Counted from the first letter of the whole stretch, positions 10,179 through 23,096 are shown. The stretch is 57,974 nt of DNA, filler included, from Perkinsus olseni (GCA_013115125.1; 2 parts of 2 records of this genome joined end to end with filler, not necessarily neighbours in it), one strand, 5' to 3'. The notes: generated by a model from the letters alone, not told the origin. Numbers and translations are program-made.

Positions 10179-11702
10179 TCAATTGCGTCGGTGAGGATAG
10201 ACAGGTGAACAACTTGGTCAGGGCGACGGGTGACACGGGCTGTCTCACGCCACCTCCTCGACAGCACTGGTCGATCATGGCTGGTTCGATAGAGTATCAC
10301 CGGAGCGCAAATAGCTCTAAAACTAGCTCAGTCAAGCAGTGGGCAGCCTCCGACCCAGAGATGGTCTGATTGGACCCTATTGGCGAGGATGGGGCGCGAT
10401 GAGTGACCAAAGCAGGGGAGACAGAGGCGTACGCATGCCCACAACTAGCCTCAAGCTTCACGAAATGATGTGAGATGAAGTGTTTATGAGGTTGGAGGGT
10501 TTGCGTTTCCGAGCAGGAGAAAGTTCAAAGCTCCGTGTGAAAAGTTCTGTCGTTCAAATCTTTGGTCTCGGAGATCGGGCCAAGCGCAACACCCCACCGG
10601 CCTCGGTAAGGTGGCGTGTGACGTGAACTCACTGCGGCGGTGATGGTGACGCGCGATGGTAAACTATGCCGAGCCCGAATGCCATCCCACACAGGGCAGT
10701 CGCAGTTCGACCGTCATAACTTGTGACGCATTCCGCGAAGACCATGGTTGGAGAATTTGTGAGCGTCACACCGTCCACTTTCATATGCTTGCACCGTTTG
10801 CGGAGGACTTGGCATTACTAGTCTGCTAGCGCGAGAGACTCAACAGGGACACGAAGTGTTATGGTGCGTACAAGCCTTCATCCTGGACTCAACGCTCGTT
10901 CGTCCGCTGAATGAAACATCTCCTTTGACTCCGAGGCTCGGCCATTGACCGGTCTGTGCAGCAAGAACCTCTAATATGAGATATTCAGCTTTCCATCAGA
11001 GGCCGTGTGTGGATCTTTCGAAATCTAAAGCCCCGATGAAGTGTCTTCTCAAGCAATTTTTCTCTGGGCTGTAAGACCTTGAGTAATGTTTTGATCGACG
11101 CTTCTACTTATACATCATGCTGTACATTGCACAATCGCCACGGCTCTCAGCATGAAGGGCTCCGCCGGCTGTCATCACGCCAGTTCTACGCAATGGCTGT
11201 CTTCAAAAACTCTCCCGGTCGCTAGCTGCTGCAGAGTTCTTAGTATGAAGTCCTGCGCCTTATCCGTCCGTCGCTACATGCAGTCGTCTTTTGAATGCAG
11301 TGGAGCTGCTTTTGGACCCATTGCTAATCTTGATGGATGCCTCTACGATAAGCGGAGAGGGCAAGACAGCGTGTGAGTTTAGAGTCCAACGCCGACAGTA
11401 CGGCTTAGTCAGACTAACGTCGATGTACCTTTCTGTGGGGGGTCAGTTTAGCCTGTTGAGTAGGCCCTGTTCATCAAGCTAGGGATGCTGCTCTCAGAGG
11501 GAGGAGGCCATCGTGAGCCAGAGTACCTGGTTTGTCCCGATGGAACTTGTGGCTCACTTCTCGTAGACCTCAGGTGAAGAAACTGTGAGTTTTGCGCACC
11601 CGTTTGCCCTCACTGGACGTCTTCCGATTCGGCAGACTCAACAGGCAAAAACTCAATAGCGTGACAGCGCCACTAACCACATCACAACATGACGTGCAAT
11701 CA

Positions 11703-14700
11703 TCATTCTTCTTCCTCATCTCCACCCTCGCCATCATCACCAACCACCTCGGCCGGGAAAGGCTCCGGCTGCTCCTCGATGTCCGCTGCCTCCACCAACA
11801 CGACTGCTGGACCCTCGACAGGCAAAAGGGAGGGTTGGTCCCTGACAGGCAAAGAAGCCTTCCAGTTCGTATCAGCGGCGATCGCTCTCACTTGCGCACG
11901 CCGTAGCCAACATAGACGTTTGAGAGAACACCAGTACTCTGCTGAGCTATTGTTGCTGCTCCGGGCCATCTCAGCGACTCTACCGCCACTACCCCGGGAG
12001 AGCTGCTACCCTCGCCTGTTGTATACGATACCTGCAAGATTCCTGCGTTACGACATCATAAATCGCCTGCCGTCGTCCGTCGCTAGTCTTGTCATCTTGC
12101 CTAGTGTTACTTATTATGCGCCGATAGTCTTGCGCATGCGTGTGTAGCTCATTCCCCTCGGGAGAGTAAACTTAGACGGAAAAGAGTATAATGTCTGGGC
12201 ACTAGCTATAATCCATAGGATCCTTCTCACAGTCTCCCTCTGGCCTTAGGTCCCAAGTACGATCATCAATTGCGGAGCGAGCGGAGCAAGCGGAGCTCCA
12301 TTATGTCACATCGGATCATTTCGGGCGTGCGTGCGGATTATTTCTTTCCGGCCGAGGCGTACATGGAGACACGAAGCACATCGAAAGGATTCATTCCCGA
12401 GAAACGCTAGAGGTCCGCTCCAAGCTAAGATACATATTCACCTCACAGTGCCCATCCCTACTGGATCTCCCACGAGCCTTATCCTCCAACAGTCCATCGG
12501 ATCAACGGCCTCCTCCCCTTCCTCCACCTCTTCTACCGGCATTCCCGGCACCTGTCCATACTCGTACCAACCGCCATAATCACGCAGCAAAAACACGTGC
12601 ATGTGCGCTATATTGCCGACCATCTTCGCTGCTCACTAACTACCAATCATCCCGCATCTTGCACGCGCGTGAATGAGTATGCGCTCTAGATCGCGCCATA
12701 GCATCTCATTATCGATCAACTCCCCTCGAGTCCGGTTTTCCACTCTTTTAGCCCCATCTCAAATGGCCACACTGTACTGAGTTGAAGTCAGCACGCGTCA
12801 CCTGGATCCTGGAGTCCGCCGCTATCGAGGTGAAGCGCTCGATGGGAGGGTCTTCGGTCGCCAACTGCTCCAACCTATTACTCAGCAGCTCCATCGCCTC
12901 TTCCTAAGACGACCTCGGATGCGCCGCCTTCTGGCAGTGTCACCAACCTCCCCTTCCTGGGGCTCCGGCAAGTCTGCTGGATGCTGCGTCCGGCCACTGC
13001 GAAGGAGATACGGTCGAGCATGCACCCACTTGTCTTTGGACAGCAGCTCCTGAGGGCGCACTGCGATCAGCAAAGGCAGAAACACTTGAGAGCAAAGGGA
13101 CCGTCGTGTAGAAGCTGTTATTCACTGAATGATGGAGCACGGTAGTGGTAATAATATATACGACCTAGGTTCCAAAGACATGCCATTCCACCACGCTGGA
13201 ATGAGCGCAGCGGACGTGCTTATCGGCAGAACAGGATACCAATAATACGACGCTGAGCGTCGCCAAGGTCTACCGCATTGGAACCAGTATCGGTACCCTG
13301 CGGAGCGTTGGCCGCGGCACAGCACCGCATAATCAACGGAGGAATCTCCCGAGGGCAGATGATAAACAGGAAATAATAGAAGGTTCCACGGTATATCCAT
13401 CTGCTACCTGCGGCGAAGGAATCTCGAAGCCCTCACTACGGATAACGTCGCCGTGAATGAGCTTCTCGAGGCCGCCCAAAGATTCCTCATCCTGCAAGAA
13501 GGTAACTGTAGACTGGCCGATGACCGAGGCACTGACCTCGGGGGTTGCAGTCCACTCGCCTTCGATCGCCAGAATCGACGCTGCACTGATACGAGCTATG
13601 ACGCTGCGAAGGTACTCCCTGAAAAGCAGCGGGTTGTGGAGCTCACACGAGCATTTCATCAGCAAGCCCGAGTTAACCCGGGGAATTTGACAACCCTGGG
13701 AGAGATCGGCCCGCCCTTACTCCTCCGATGCTTCGAAAGGCGGCCACTGTCCACACGCGCCGTCGTCCATCCTCCTACTGAGGTCCCCCGTGAACAGCCT
13801 TTTGCACGAGCGTGAGGCCTCGAGAAGTCGCGGGGTGATCTGAACCGGCAGTCGTTCGGTGTTGCTAGCTTAGCCACGCATCTGACCTGTGGAAGCTCCA
13901 CCCAGGCGTTCGCGGAGGTGATATCTTGGACCACAAAGTAGGTATAGAGATTGGCCCCCGGACGGCCGCGCACTTCTGGTGCTGTGAAGATCCTGAGGTC
14001 ATGACAAGCCTAGGCAGAGAGAAATGATACCCTATCAGCTTCCTCTGCTTCTTCCACCAGCCTGTATAGGGACCACGCTCTATGACGCAGCATACAGTAC
14101 AGAACAGCCGAGAATGAGTCCCAATCGGGAGAGTACTAACAGTCAACACTTCGAAAGAATGAAGGAGTTAACCGTTGTTATGCGACAAAGCGAGTAAATG
14201 GGTAGCGGCACCAACAGCGAGACAGACCGAGTGGCGGCTTACTCTTCGGCCTCCTTGACATTCTTCGGAGCTTCCTCTTCTGGCAGCGCCGGCAGTAGAG
14301 CCTCAGCGATGTAGTAATCTTGTGAGCCAGTCGCTGAAGTGTGTAGCAAGCGATCGAATGAGAGTAAATACCACATCCGATGTAGTCTAGCTGGTTAGGA
14401 TTCGTGGCTCTCACCCACGCGACCGGGGTTCGAGTCCCCGCATCGGAACTTTTACCATCGATCGGTGACTAATAATGCGCGGTAGTGTAAAGTGATGCGA
14501 ATGTTACACACCCCTGAAACACCAATTGACCGCACGCGCGCGGGGGCTCCGATTCCCAGTTCGCCTGAGCTAGCCACCAAAGGCAGCTGTTGAATACTAC
14601 TCAATATCTTGCCCCAGAATCTGAGCATCTTAGCATCGTTCCCAAGCTTTCCTGCCAGCTCCCTCATCCTGTTAGTCAACAGTACTATCTCCGCCTCTCC

Positions 14701-15599
14701 GCCGATACTCAATCCTGAGAGAAGACAACATTCCTGCCAAGGCTAAGCGGGCGGCTCATGTAGCTCACCCGCGATCTCGAGAGCAGCTCGGGTGGTTGGA
14801 TTGCAAAGGACGTCCTCGGAAGGGATTGGGCACTCAATTACAACGCCCGGTTTCGAACCAGCCGATCTCTCGTCTTCCAAGAACTTCACGAACTGCCTGG
14901 CTTTAGCCTGAAGGGCGCGCAATCAACTCCCGTCGAAACGGCGCCGCTGTGAGCGAGTATCGCCAGATCCGGACCCTCGCCGATTATCGCTACAACCGCA
15001 CGCTCGTGGGACTTCTGACCTGTAGCTCCTCCTCTGCCTTCTTCTGCATCGACGTGTCGGAGGTAGTCGGGTATAAGTCTTTGACGTATCTAATGGGTTC
15101 AGGTACTACCTAGATACTGAGCGAATGCATAATGGGAGCGAAGACAGACCCACACTCGAGGATGAGATGGAGCGCTCCCAACGCGACAGACGGAAATTAG
15201 GACGCGTTACAGATCCGTGTAGAGATAGAGCCCCTAAAGCCCTATCCATGTGGTGCTGCTGCAAACTAAGAAAATTTCAAGCATACTCGAGCAACTGTGC
15301 GAACATCTACAGTGACGCGACCACGCTGTAGCGCTCTTCACTACTAATACGAGGCAAGCAACGAGCGATGCGCCATCTCCCTACCTGCTGATCTCTTCGA
15401 TGTAGGTCGACACATCCCCCTTCAATTTGCCACTATCCTTCCTCCTGGCCATCTCCGCCAGGACTCTACTGATGTGCTCAGCCACGCCACCACTAACCCC
15501 TTCAGAGGGATTCTGGGCACTGCAGCCGAAAACTCTCTCCTGCAGCTTGTGCATTGCCGAGTGGTCGCTGCCGAGGCCCGCGGAAGTGTCTATCTGCAT
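11703..15599 (-). CDS. RSPH4A: Radial spoke head protein 4/6 family (flagellar), multi-exon
   Basis: Collinear family motifs across exons: LRFWGKIL, GSQDYYIAE, GPGANLYTYFV, WVELPQV, EYLRSVIARIS, WVHARPYLLRSGR, VAVESLRWPGA, NVYVGYG and an acidic C-terminus. Confidence 0.9.
14376..14448 (+). tRNA. tRNA-Glu(CTC), antisense within an RSPH4/6 intron
   Basis: Acceptor TCCGATG/CATCGGA, anticodon arm CGTGG-CT CTC AC-CCACG, T arm CGGGG-TTCGAGT-CCCCG, followed by TTTT. Confidence 0.96.
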
Positions 15600-15627
15600 A
15601 CGTGCCAATAGCTACAACGGATAAAAA

Positions 15628-15692
15628 TGACGGCCCTGGGAATTGAACCCGGACCCTCCAACACTACACCGGCGACCAATACCACTGAGGAT
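15628..15692 (-). pseudogene. Degenerate tRNA-like element
   Basis: Minus strand CCTCAGTGGTA ... CCGGG-TTCAATT-CCCAG GGCCGTCA then TTTTT; acceptor and anticodon stems do not pair. Confidence 0.45.
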
Positions 15693-15796
15693 GAAAACAG
15701 GGATTAACTTCCATCCATGTCCATCAGTGCGTAAAGCTCCTCCTTGGTATCGACTGTTCGATCCAAGTTTGAGCGACAGTTCTTCATTGGACCTTT

Positions 15797-17440
15797 CTAA
15801 GCGGACATGGCAGGGGTCCTCCTCGGCTGGTGATGATGATGGCCGCTCCTGATCTCCGCCTGCTGCACGGCGATTCTCATCGCCTCTAGCCTTGCTTGAC
15901 CCTCTCGGGGGCCTCTCAAGTGCTTGGTATAATCGTAGGCCCGATGCTCATCTCCAAAACTCAATCGCTTGCCGCGCCCAGTGAGCTGGGACTGGTGTCC
16001 AGTACTACGAGAAAATGGATCGCATATGGACAGACCGGCCATGTAAATGCGCGACGATCTGTGAGACGGCGTTGATAGTCTCCGGTTTGCGCAATCCTAG
16101 AGTACCAACTTTTTCACAAATCCAAGGCGATTCTTCCCAAGTGGTATCAACTTCATCATTCTCCCAAAGAGCGCTCATCAAATGTTCTCCGGCGTACTAC
16201 TTTTCATCTGGCAAGGGAGAATATCTGGCCGTCGCACATGAGCCCTGTAAGTACGGTACTAGACACTGACTGCACAGTGGACCCTCAGAAATCGATAGAC
16301 CACCCGATTCTGCGTGAAGAGGGTCATCAGTAACCGATAGTCGCACCTCTCTGCCATTGAGCAGGTACTGGCCGGGGGCCTGCAACGGAATGGCTTTCAC
16401 TGCGCCTTCGGAAGCTGCTGTGATGACTGATTCAATCGATTTAGCAGCCAAGTAGCTCACTCAGATGAACCGTTGCTGGTCGTAGCTTAGCGCGAAAAAG
16501 CCGGAAAAGACTTCGATAATCCAGGTGAATCACACGAGACTCAATAAGATCGCTACTCTGTAACAACACGAACCCAACTGGAAGGAGCAATGCACCTCTC
16601 AATGGATGAGGAAAAATTTTCTCCGGCAAATAGCCCGCCAACCCCCCCCCTCACTATCTCTTACCTGTCGGTGGATGCGGCATATCGCAGAGAGATCGGG
16701 CCTCCGCTGTAGCAACTTCGATATTTTCGAGTCAACAGGATCGCCAGGGTGGGGCCGATAGGCCGGCAGAACCCCTTGGAGCCTTCTGTAGGGCGTGGTC
16801 GTTCTCATCTCCCGATAAGAGATCACCGTCGGCTTCTCGCCCGTAGTCTGTAGATCTGACCGAGAAGAACACCCACAGTGAGTCGTTTCTGACACCTCTA
16901 GCTGTGACATTACTAGTTGTAGAAATGGTTCTCCACGCTACTCTTAAGGCCGGCACGGACGCAACCCCGATCGCCTTCTCATTAGCATCTCGCAGATCAG
17001 ACCAATGCTCCGTAGTGAGACACCCTGGTGCCGAGAAAGAGCGAATCGAGGTTGATGGCAGGTCGATAAGGTGGCTGAAGATACTCCGTACGATGGATAC
17101 CGTAGCGCGAGGAAATGATCGAGAAAAGTACCACTTTTTCGGCAACACTGGCGTGGCCTTTGGACGAGCGAGGCGCTCAGCCCCTCTCGGTGTGATAGCA
17201 TACCAATCAACGACCACTGCCGAGGAGATGACGTTGATGCTCGATAAGGGTATCCGAAGGGTGTACGCACAGCGCTGGTCAACCTAAGCTGTCTCGGACC
17301 GGAACGAAGAGGGCGATCGGGTCTAACCTTGGAGCGTATCTTTATCTCGATCATGCCTGTATCATCGTGAATGGGTATCCTTAGTAGACTGGTCTTAACA
17401 CTAGCACCTTGCCACGGTCCATCTGCTTTCCACCGCACAC
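15797..17440 (-). CDS. Multi-exon hypothetical protein (possible GAR/GAS2-like motif)
   Basis: Exon-like ORFs with splice signals (YRPHPGDPVDSKI, PGQYLLNGREVRL). The 5' end is uncertain. Confidence 0.45.
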
Positions 17441-18449
17441 ACTTGGCTTAACTTGTTTCATGGTAAAAGTGACCGTATAAAACTTCGGTGAAGTACTCAG
17501 CTTTGGTATCGTCGATATTCAGAGCGCGATGCCCAACGATAGACAACTGAGTAAACCGCTGCCGTTAAATCCCTCGTTCAACAAGGTGATTTTGAAAATC
17601 ATAATCTATTCTGGAATTGATTTTTACACGTAAAATAAGTATGGTCGACCCTGAGTTTAAGAAATTGGCTATTATTCTAACAGGAATTATTATAGAATTA
17701 TTGAACGACCGCAGACGATAGGTTTGCTCGGGTGACCTACACACAGCTCGGCTGCTGGGTGTGGTAGTGGGGCTGGTCGGGTAGCAGCACACTCGCCTTT
17801 GGAGGCAGTGGACGAAGTAGAAGTTACGGCGTGGTCGTTGCTGCCATCAAGTTGCATGAGGCCTCCGAGAGAGTCCGACGGCATGAATGGACAAAGAAGA
17901 GTGACTGCATCGAGGCGATTTTCGCGGCGCGCGCAGAAGAAAATGTGCCTGTCGGACTCGAGATAGTAAACTTGAAAACTTGCAATACTTTGAGCCACGA
18001 ATCATGAGAACAGACTCTATAGATCTCCTCTGAGAGAGCTCCCAGGGTCGTCTCCCATGCATTTACTTCAATCCTGCGAGCTGTCCTGAAATTCAAGATC
18101 AGTCGGGTGAACACTTCCACACGTTGAAATTGCTACTTACGTTGAGATGAATGGCTACAATTTCAACGGATTCAGTCCGCGCCTGTTATAACGGCATCGT
18201 CTACTCCTGAACTACGCCACTTGTCCCATTATAGGCCACACCTCGTCATAGCCTCGGCCGTCCTAGGATGCTTCAGTGGCAGTGGAATCGATGAGCTCCA
18301 CAGATCAACTTCCAACGAGACACACCGAGAGAGAATGAAAAGTCGGCTACTTGCCTCCAAAGGCGTATTAGATAAATATTTTCATCGAAAATAGACAGGC
18401 GAACTCTTGGGGCTGACACCAGTAGACACGACCCGAGTGACTGCTGGCC

Positions 18450-19238
18450 CTAAGCTTCTAGCCCGGACACCATGACCTTGTCAGCAGCCGCTGACTGGGG
18501 AGTCAGTGACTTTAGTAGGGTTCCCGAGGTGGGCGACAAGTTCGAGAGAGCGAAGCGTGGTCCTCGAAGATCGGGGAACTCTTCCCGGTACCAGAAATAG
18601 CCACCAAGAGCATGAAGTTCGAGAAGGCCATTCGCAAGCGTCAGGTTGGTACCTTGGGGGCCCATAGGAGCTCCAGCCGCTAGAGTGATCGGTAGAATAT
18701 GTAGGCTCTCGCTCATGGGTGCCACCGCCGTATCCCCGACCATCGTCAAGACGGCGATCGATCCGGTATCTTCGAGAGAGGTTGTCTTGTTGAACCATAA
18801 GAATGATTTACCACTGCGGATTGTCATCTCCGTCCACATTCTGTTGTGAATTTTCAAATCTATCGTCCCTCGTGCACAGTACTCCATTCGAGAATCTAAT
18901 GTTACCATACCACACCAAACGCATCGTTCCAGAGTAAGTTTCTCCACCGATATGTCGAATACCGAGGGGAGATCATATGAAATAGTTAGAAGAGCGCCAA
19001 TGTACCAGAGACCGCAGGCCAATGTTAGTCCAGACAGAAGAGCCCACATTGCCAAGTGATACCACGACTTCTGCTTGACACTCGTCAATATGTCCTGTAA
19101 AGTCCGTGGCGGCTTCTCTGGCGCCGGTCGTGACCACCGGAGAAACCCAGAAGGAGTATCGGGCGTCCATACCCAACGTTCGGCGGCAGATGCTCCGGCA
19201 AAAGAAGGCGAGTCACCCTTAGAGATGCAGACGGGCAC
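18450..19238 (-). CDS. Membrane-anchored family member 3 (no in-frame ATG ahead of the conserved N-terminus)
   Basis: 262-codon open frame with DTPSGFLRWS, a TM helix, EKLTLERCVWCGMV, YCARGTIDLKIHNRMWTE and LELHALG. Confidence 0.65.
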   Translation of the reverse strand: MPVCISKGDSPSFAGASAAERWVWTPDTPSGFLRWSRPAPEKPPRTLQDILTSVKQKSWYHLAMWALLSGLTLACGLWYIGALLTISYDLPSVFDISVEKLTLERCVWCGMVTLDSRMEYCARGTIDLKIHNRMWTEMTIRSGKSFLWFNKTTSLEDTGSIAVLTMVGDTAVAPMSESLHILPITLAAGAPMGPQGTNLTLANGLLELHALGGYFWYREEFPDLRGPRFALSNLSPTSGTLLKSLTPQSAAADKVMVSGLEA

Positions 19239-19270
19239 GGCGTGACAGGGACGGTGACACGGGGCCCCAA

Positions 19271-20521
19271 TTGTCTCTCACCCCACTTGCTCTATCTTCT
19301 CTGGTCGTAGACTTCACAATCCTTCGAGGGCCCTGTATAATAAACAGTGGGTGTACAACCTCGCTCTCTGAGCGCCACAGTGAGCGCTCGACCCTCGGGC
19401 GCCCAGAGAGCGAGGTTGCCTTGAGTCTCGAGGGGATTCAACAACGTACGCTTGCTAGCGACGATAAACTGCCCTTCTGCACTATAACTCAGTACAGTGT
19501 GGCTATTTGAGACGGGGCTCAAAGAAAGGTGAAACCGGACTCGAGAGGAGTTCGGGAAAACTGATCTAGTTGTTGGATTCATGGTGAACGTATGTTCCAT
19601 AGCATGACGAGGAACGCACGGATTCACTGGGACCAACGTTGTTGTGCCATTCGGGTGTATCAGGTGACATAGGACTCAACACACAGGAAGAGACGGTCTA
19701 AATCATCCAAAGTCATCTAAATCCATGGAGGAAGTGTCTCGTCTCGAGCACAGCGGAGCGAAGCGCATCAAACGTAGTACGTTGAACGTACGTACCACGA
19801 GCAAAGGCGCACAAAGAGCAAGGTGGGTACGCAGCAGCAATGAAGGCAGTTGTCACTATAGTGCACTTCACTTGTTGCAACTCGTTGCCGAAACTTGGAA
19901 ACTTGCAAGACTACATTCATTGCTCAACAATCATCCGAGAAAGAACTCCCACACCAGCAGAAGCCTGCAACTTCGAGTTCGGCGACTCCCCCGCCAATTG
20001 TCGAGGTGACACAAGACTCCCCCCTTTGGGGGGGAGTCAAGGCCCCCCAGTGATACAGCAGACGCCTTCCGAGACCACCCCTCCCTCTTGAGACCCAGAG
20101 ACTATGAGGATGCCCGCAAAGATGCAAGGAAGGAGGCTGACCTCATGAGCAAGTTCAAGGGGACTGATGATCCACGAAGTCTGGACGGCTTTCTCTCCCA
20201 CCTCAATGTGAGGTTGAGTTTGAATGGTTGGGTCAGAGGCTCGCCTCAGTCCTATTATCTCCTTGTGAACTCGTTAGATTCTGAGGTAGTCGAAGAGATC
20301 TTTGTCCCCACTGAGTCCCTTCTTCAAGTTCAACGAACCCCCGAATGGTTCGATCACGCCTTCAACGACACCCTGACTGAGCTGTACATTAATTACTATG
20401 ACCCTTCCATGCGAACTCTCCTCCTTGCCAAGTGACAGCAGACTCAGCAAGCCCACAGCCAGTCCTTCGAGGAATACCTCATGGAATTAGAGAGACAGCG
20501 AGTACTGTTGAGGCACAGCAA
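19271..20521 (+). mobile_element. Decayed gag-like retroelement ORF, split by a solo-LTR-like insertion
   Basis: SKFKGTDDPRSLDGFL...LLAK*QQTQQAHSQSFEEYL resembles retrotransposon capsid regions. It has a frameshift near 20088 and an in-frame TGA at 20433. The ORF halves rejoin when 19478-19865 plus one TSD is removed. Confidence 0.55.
19478..19865. mobile_element. Solo-LTR-like element copy 1 (388 bp), TSD CTTC
   Basis: TG...CA termini, 9-bp terminal inverted repeat TGCACTATA/TATAGTGCA, CTTC on both flanks; homologous to 47513-47750. Confidence 0.88.
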
Positions 20522-20592
20522 GCACCATTGGTCAGGTTGTAGAATACAATGTTGCCATCGATGTGACCCGAGTTCGATTCTCGGATGATCGT
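20522..20592 (+). pseudogene. tRNA-Gly(GCC) pseudogene
   Basis: GCACCAT TGGTC...GTAGAAT, loop TT GCC AT, intact T arm CCGAG-TTCGATT-CTCGG; three acceptor-stem mismatches and one anticodon-stem mismatch. Confidence 0.75.
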
Positions 20593-22499
20593 TGCTCCTG
20601 GTCGCTCTCATAGTCAACCCAACATCTTGGTGATGTAATTTGTGGTAGTGATAATGACAAAGGGATCAACAAAGGTATTGCAACAATCTTTGTTGTACTC
20701 GCGTGCTACAGCTAATGTAAAGTGCTGAAGAATTACAAGGTAATAAGTTGGTACCATACTAAGTCCGCGCACAGCAACACACTCGCGACAAAAGCATCGT
20801 CTCGAATAGAGAGGTCAGGTTGCGAATCAGACAAGTGGGGTGGATACACTCGGTCACAAAAACTCCGAGCAAGGTCCCGGCCCCGACGCTCCAGCAAAAA
20901 ATGGATGAGCAGAATCGGAAATTACATCCTTTGTCAGGGATGCAAGAAAAGGGCCGTTGCGATCACGTCGGTGACCTCCACTCTCAACACGCATTCTCAC
21001 CCTCCACTCAATAGACAGTAGACTCTTCCAGAGGAGACAGTTATTTCACCAACAATATATGACTCTGCACTGACTGTGCTGCACGGTCCGTCAGGATCAT
21101 CGGGAGTGAGAAGCAGAGAATATAAGAGCATGTACATTATAATGGGAAGCCATCGGTACTCGAAGGCTTCGAGTCGAAGCTAGCCTAGTCGGGAATTCCA
21201 CGAAGACTTCCCAAGGAGGAAATCTACGATGTCCCGGCGCCAGTGCCACCGGTCTTGACCTTCGGAGGAATCCCGGGCTTTGGACGTTGAAGGAAGACCA
21301 AAAAAGAGTCTCACCTAGCCTTGCCAGGCCAGAAATGAAGGTGGTTGCGTCGGTAGGGCTAAGTGGTTGGCAATCACTGGTTGCACAACGATGGGAAAGG
21401 CGCTGACCCGACGTGATGCCCAACCACGCATTGGTGATGCGTGAGTGCCAGGAGTCTTCCGACAGGAGACAACCCCCATATCAAATGAGACCTTGCAGCC
21501 TGCAACTTGAAGTTGCAGGTTCGTTGCTTCCACCGTGCCAACGATCGGAAGCCGATCCTGGAGTATGCGACATTGGGGAGAGTGCGGATATCTCCCCGCA
21601 GAACAGCCTCCACCCCGTTCGAGGAGATTCAGTGGCATCGAAAGGGAAACTGCGTTTGAGTGATGATATGATGGTTCATATACGCTCAAACCAATACGGC
21701 ATGATGCCGCAACATGTTGTGTGTGGAAGCGAGCCGTGTTTCTAGCGGCAACAGGCTAATGAGTCATTAATAATGTCTCGTTCCTCCAGCGAGCGAGTCT
21801 GATTCAGCATCTCTGTGTCGCGTTGAGTTTTGGCTGCTTTATATCTCGCACTGAGAACTCATCATTGGTGGCAGGTCAAGAAGATGGGCCCTTCGAATAC
21901 CGGATCGGCCTTCAGTAGGGCTATTTCGGTAGAGAGAGTCGGATCCTGCTATCACGTTCAACTTGCCACTGATGGTATCGGTCTCATGCAGGGGTTTTCC
22001 TGCAGGCATACGAGGTCCCCTTCTCTTGGTCCACGACGAAGCGCAGTGTCTTCTCACAGTGCCCCAAGCAGTGACCGCTTTCACTCAGTCCGGCCCTAGG
22101 CTCTTCGTGATGTTTGTTACGTGCATAACACTGATAGCATGACATGGCTAAGCATGTTCAACTTACACTGATCTCGGAGTTGGGAATACGCTGAGACTCT
22201 CTGAGTACAGGTCGAATAAAGCCTTCATTAAACAGCCTCCTCTGGCACCAATGGCTGATTTCATAGTGGATCCTGCCACTGCGATGCAGTCTACGTACAC
22301 CAAGATCGATATGCCATTCAAATTCAGGTTAGTTTCTCCAGTAGTTGTACTCGCTGGGTCAGCGATAGTACTATCATAGTGGTATCATTCTATCCGGTGT
22401 TCCAACGCTCAATCAGTAGTGGTTGCATGCCGAATGATCGTCGTACTCACTTTGGGTATCATGATAATGGTCGAGTAGGATGAGTATCGTGAGATAGTT

Positions 22500-22868
22500 G
22501 CCTGAGGAAGTCAGCTGTCTGTAGCACGCATTCGTCTGACTCTTTAAAGAGCATGGCCGGCTGTACATGGCTCTTTCGATTTCAGCGATAAGTCAGAGGC
22601 TAGGACCAGCTATAGAAGGCGACTTCTCGTCGAAGACGGTGATGACACTCCGCTAGCTGTCATACCACGCGAGGACTCGGTCTTTGGCAAAGTCGACAGG
22701 GAATTCGACGGAGTAAGTCACGCTAACCGGCCAATCGGGTTGCTCGGGGTTCCCGAGCTGTCTTGTGCGTATAAACACAAAGGAAATACTGAGTATTGTC
22801 GCTATCCATAGTATGTACTTACTCCCATCGCACTTCAGCTCTTTCTCACTGCATCTGTCGACAGCCAC
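22500..22868 (-). pseudogene. Decayed gene for a membrane-anchored or secreted protein
   Basis: A TM segment, then PDWPVSVTYSVEFP...AWYD, reminiscent of the N-terminal domain of 26/29-kDa cysteine proteinases; in-frame stops follow. The boundary is approximate. Confidence 0.3.
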
Positions 22869-23064
22869 CTTCTCATCGTTTTACCCACTGCTATATGCTT
22901 ACTATGGTTTCTAGTACAAACCATAGTACTAGAGCTGTACGTGAAGAGCCCCGATCATAGATACTTTGTACAAACTTCATACTCTACTCTTCTATGCCAT
23001 AGTATCTTTGGTCGGGACTCTCCACGTACAGTTCTAGCCTTGCTTCTCTTTTTAGTCCGTCCTA

Positions 23065-23090
<26 letters not shown>
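23065..23090. repeat. (CT)13 microsatellite
   Basis: Read directly from the sequence. Confidence 0.95.

Positions 23091-23096
<6 letters not shown>

Noticed and set aside
19516-19524. GGCTCAAAG in the LTR-like element as a spliced-leader relict
   Set aside because: Only about 7 nt match; upstream bases do not resemble the SL.
20015-20038. 10-bp GC hairpin as a programmed frameshift stimulator
   Set aside because: No slippery heptamer precedes it, and the actual frame break lies downstream near 20088.
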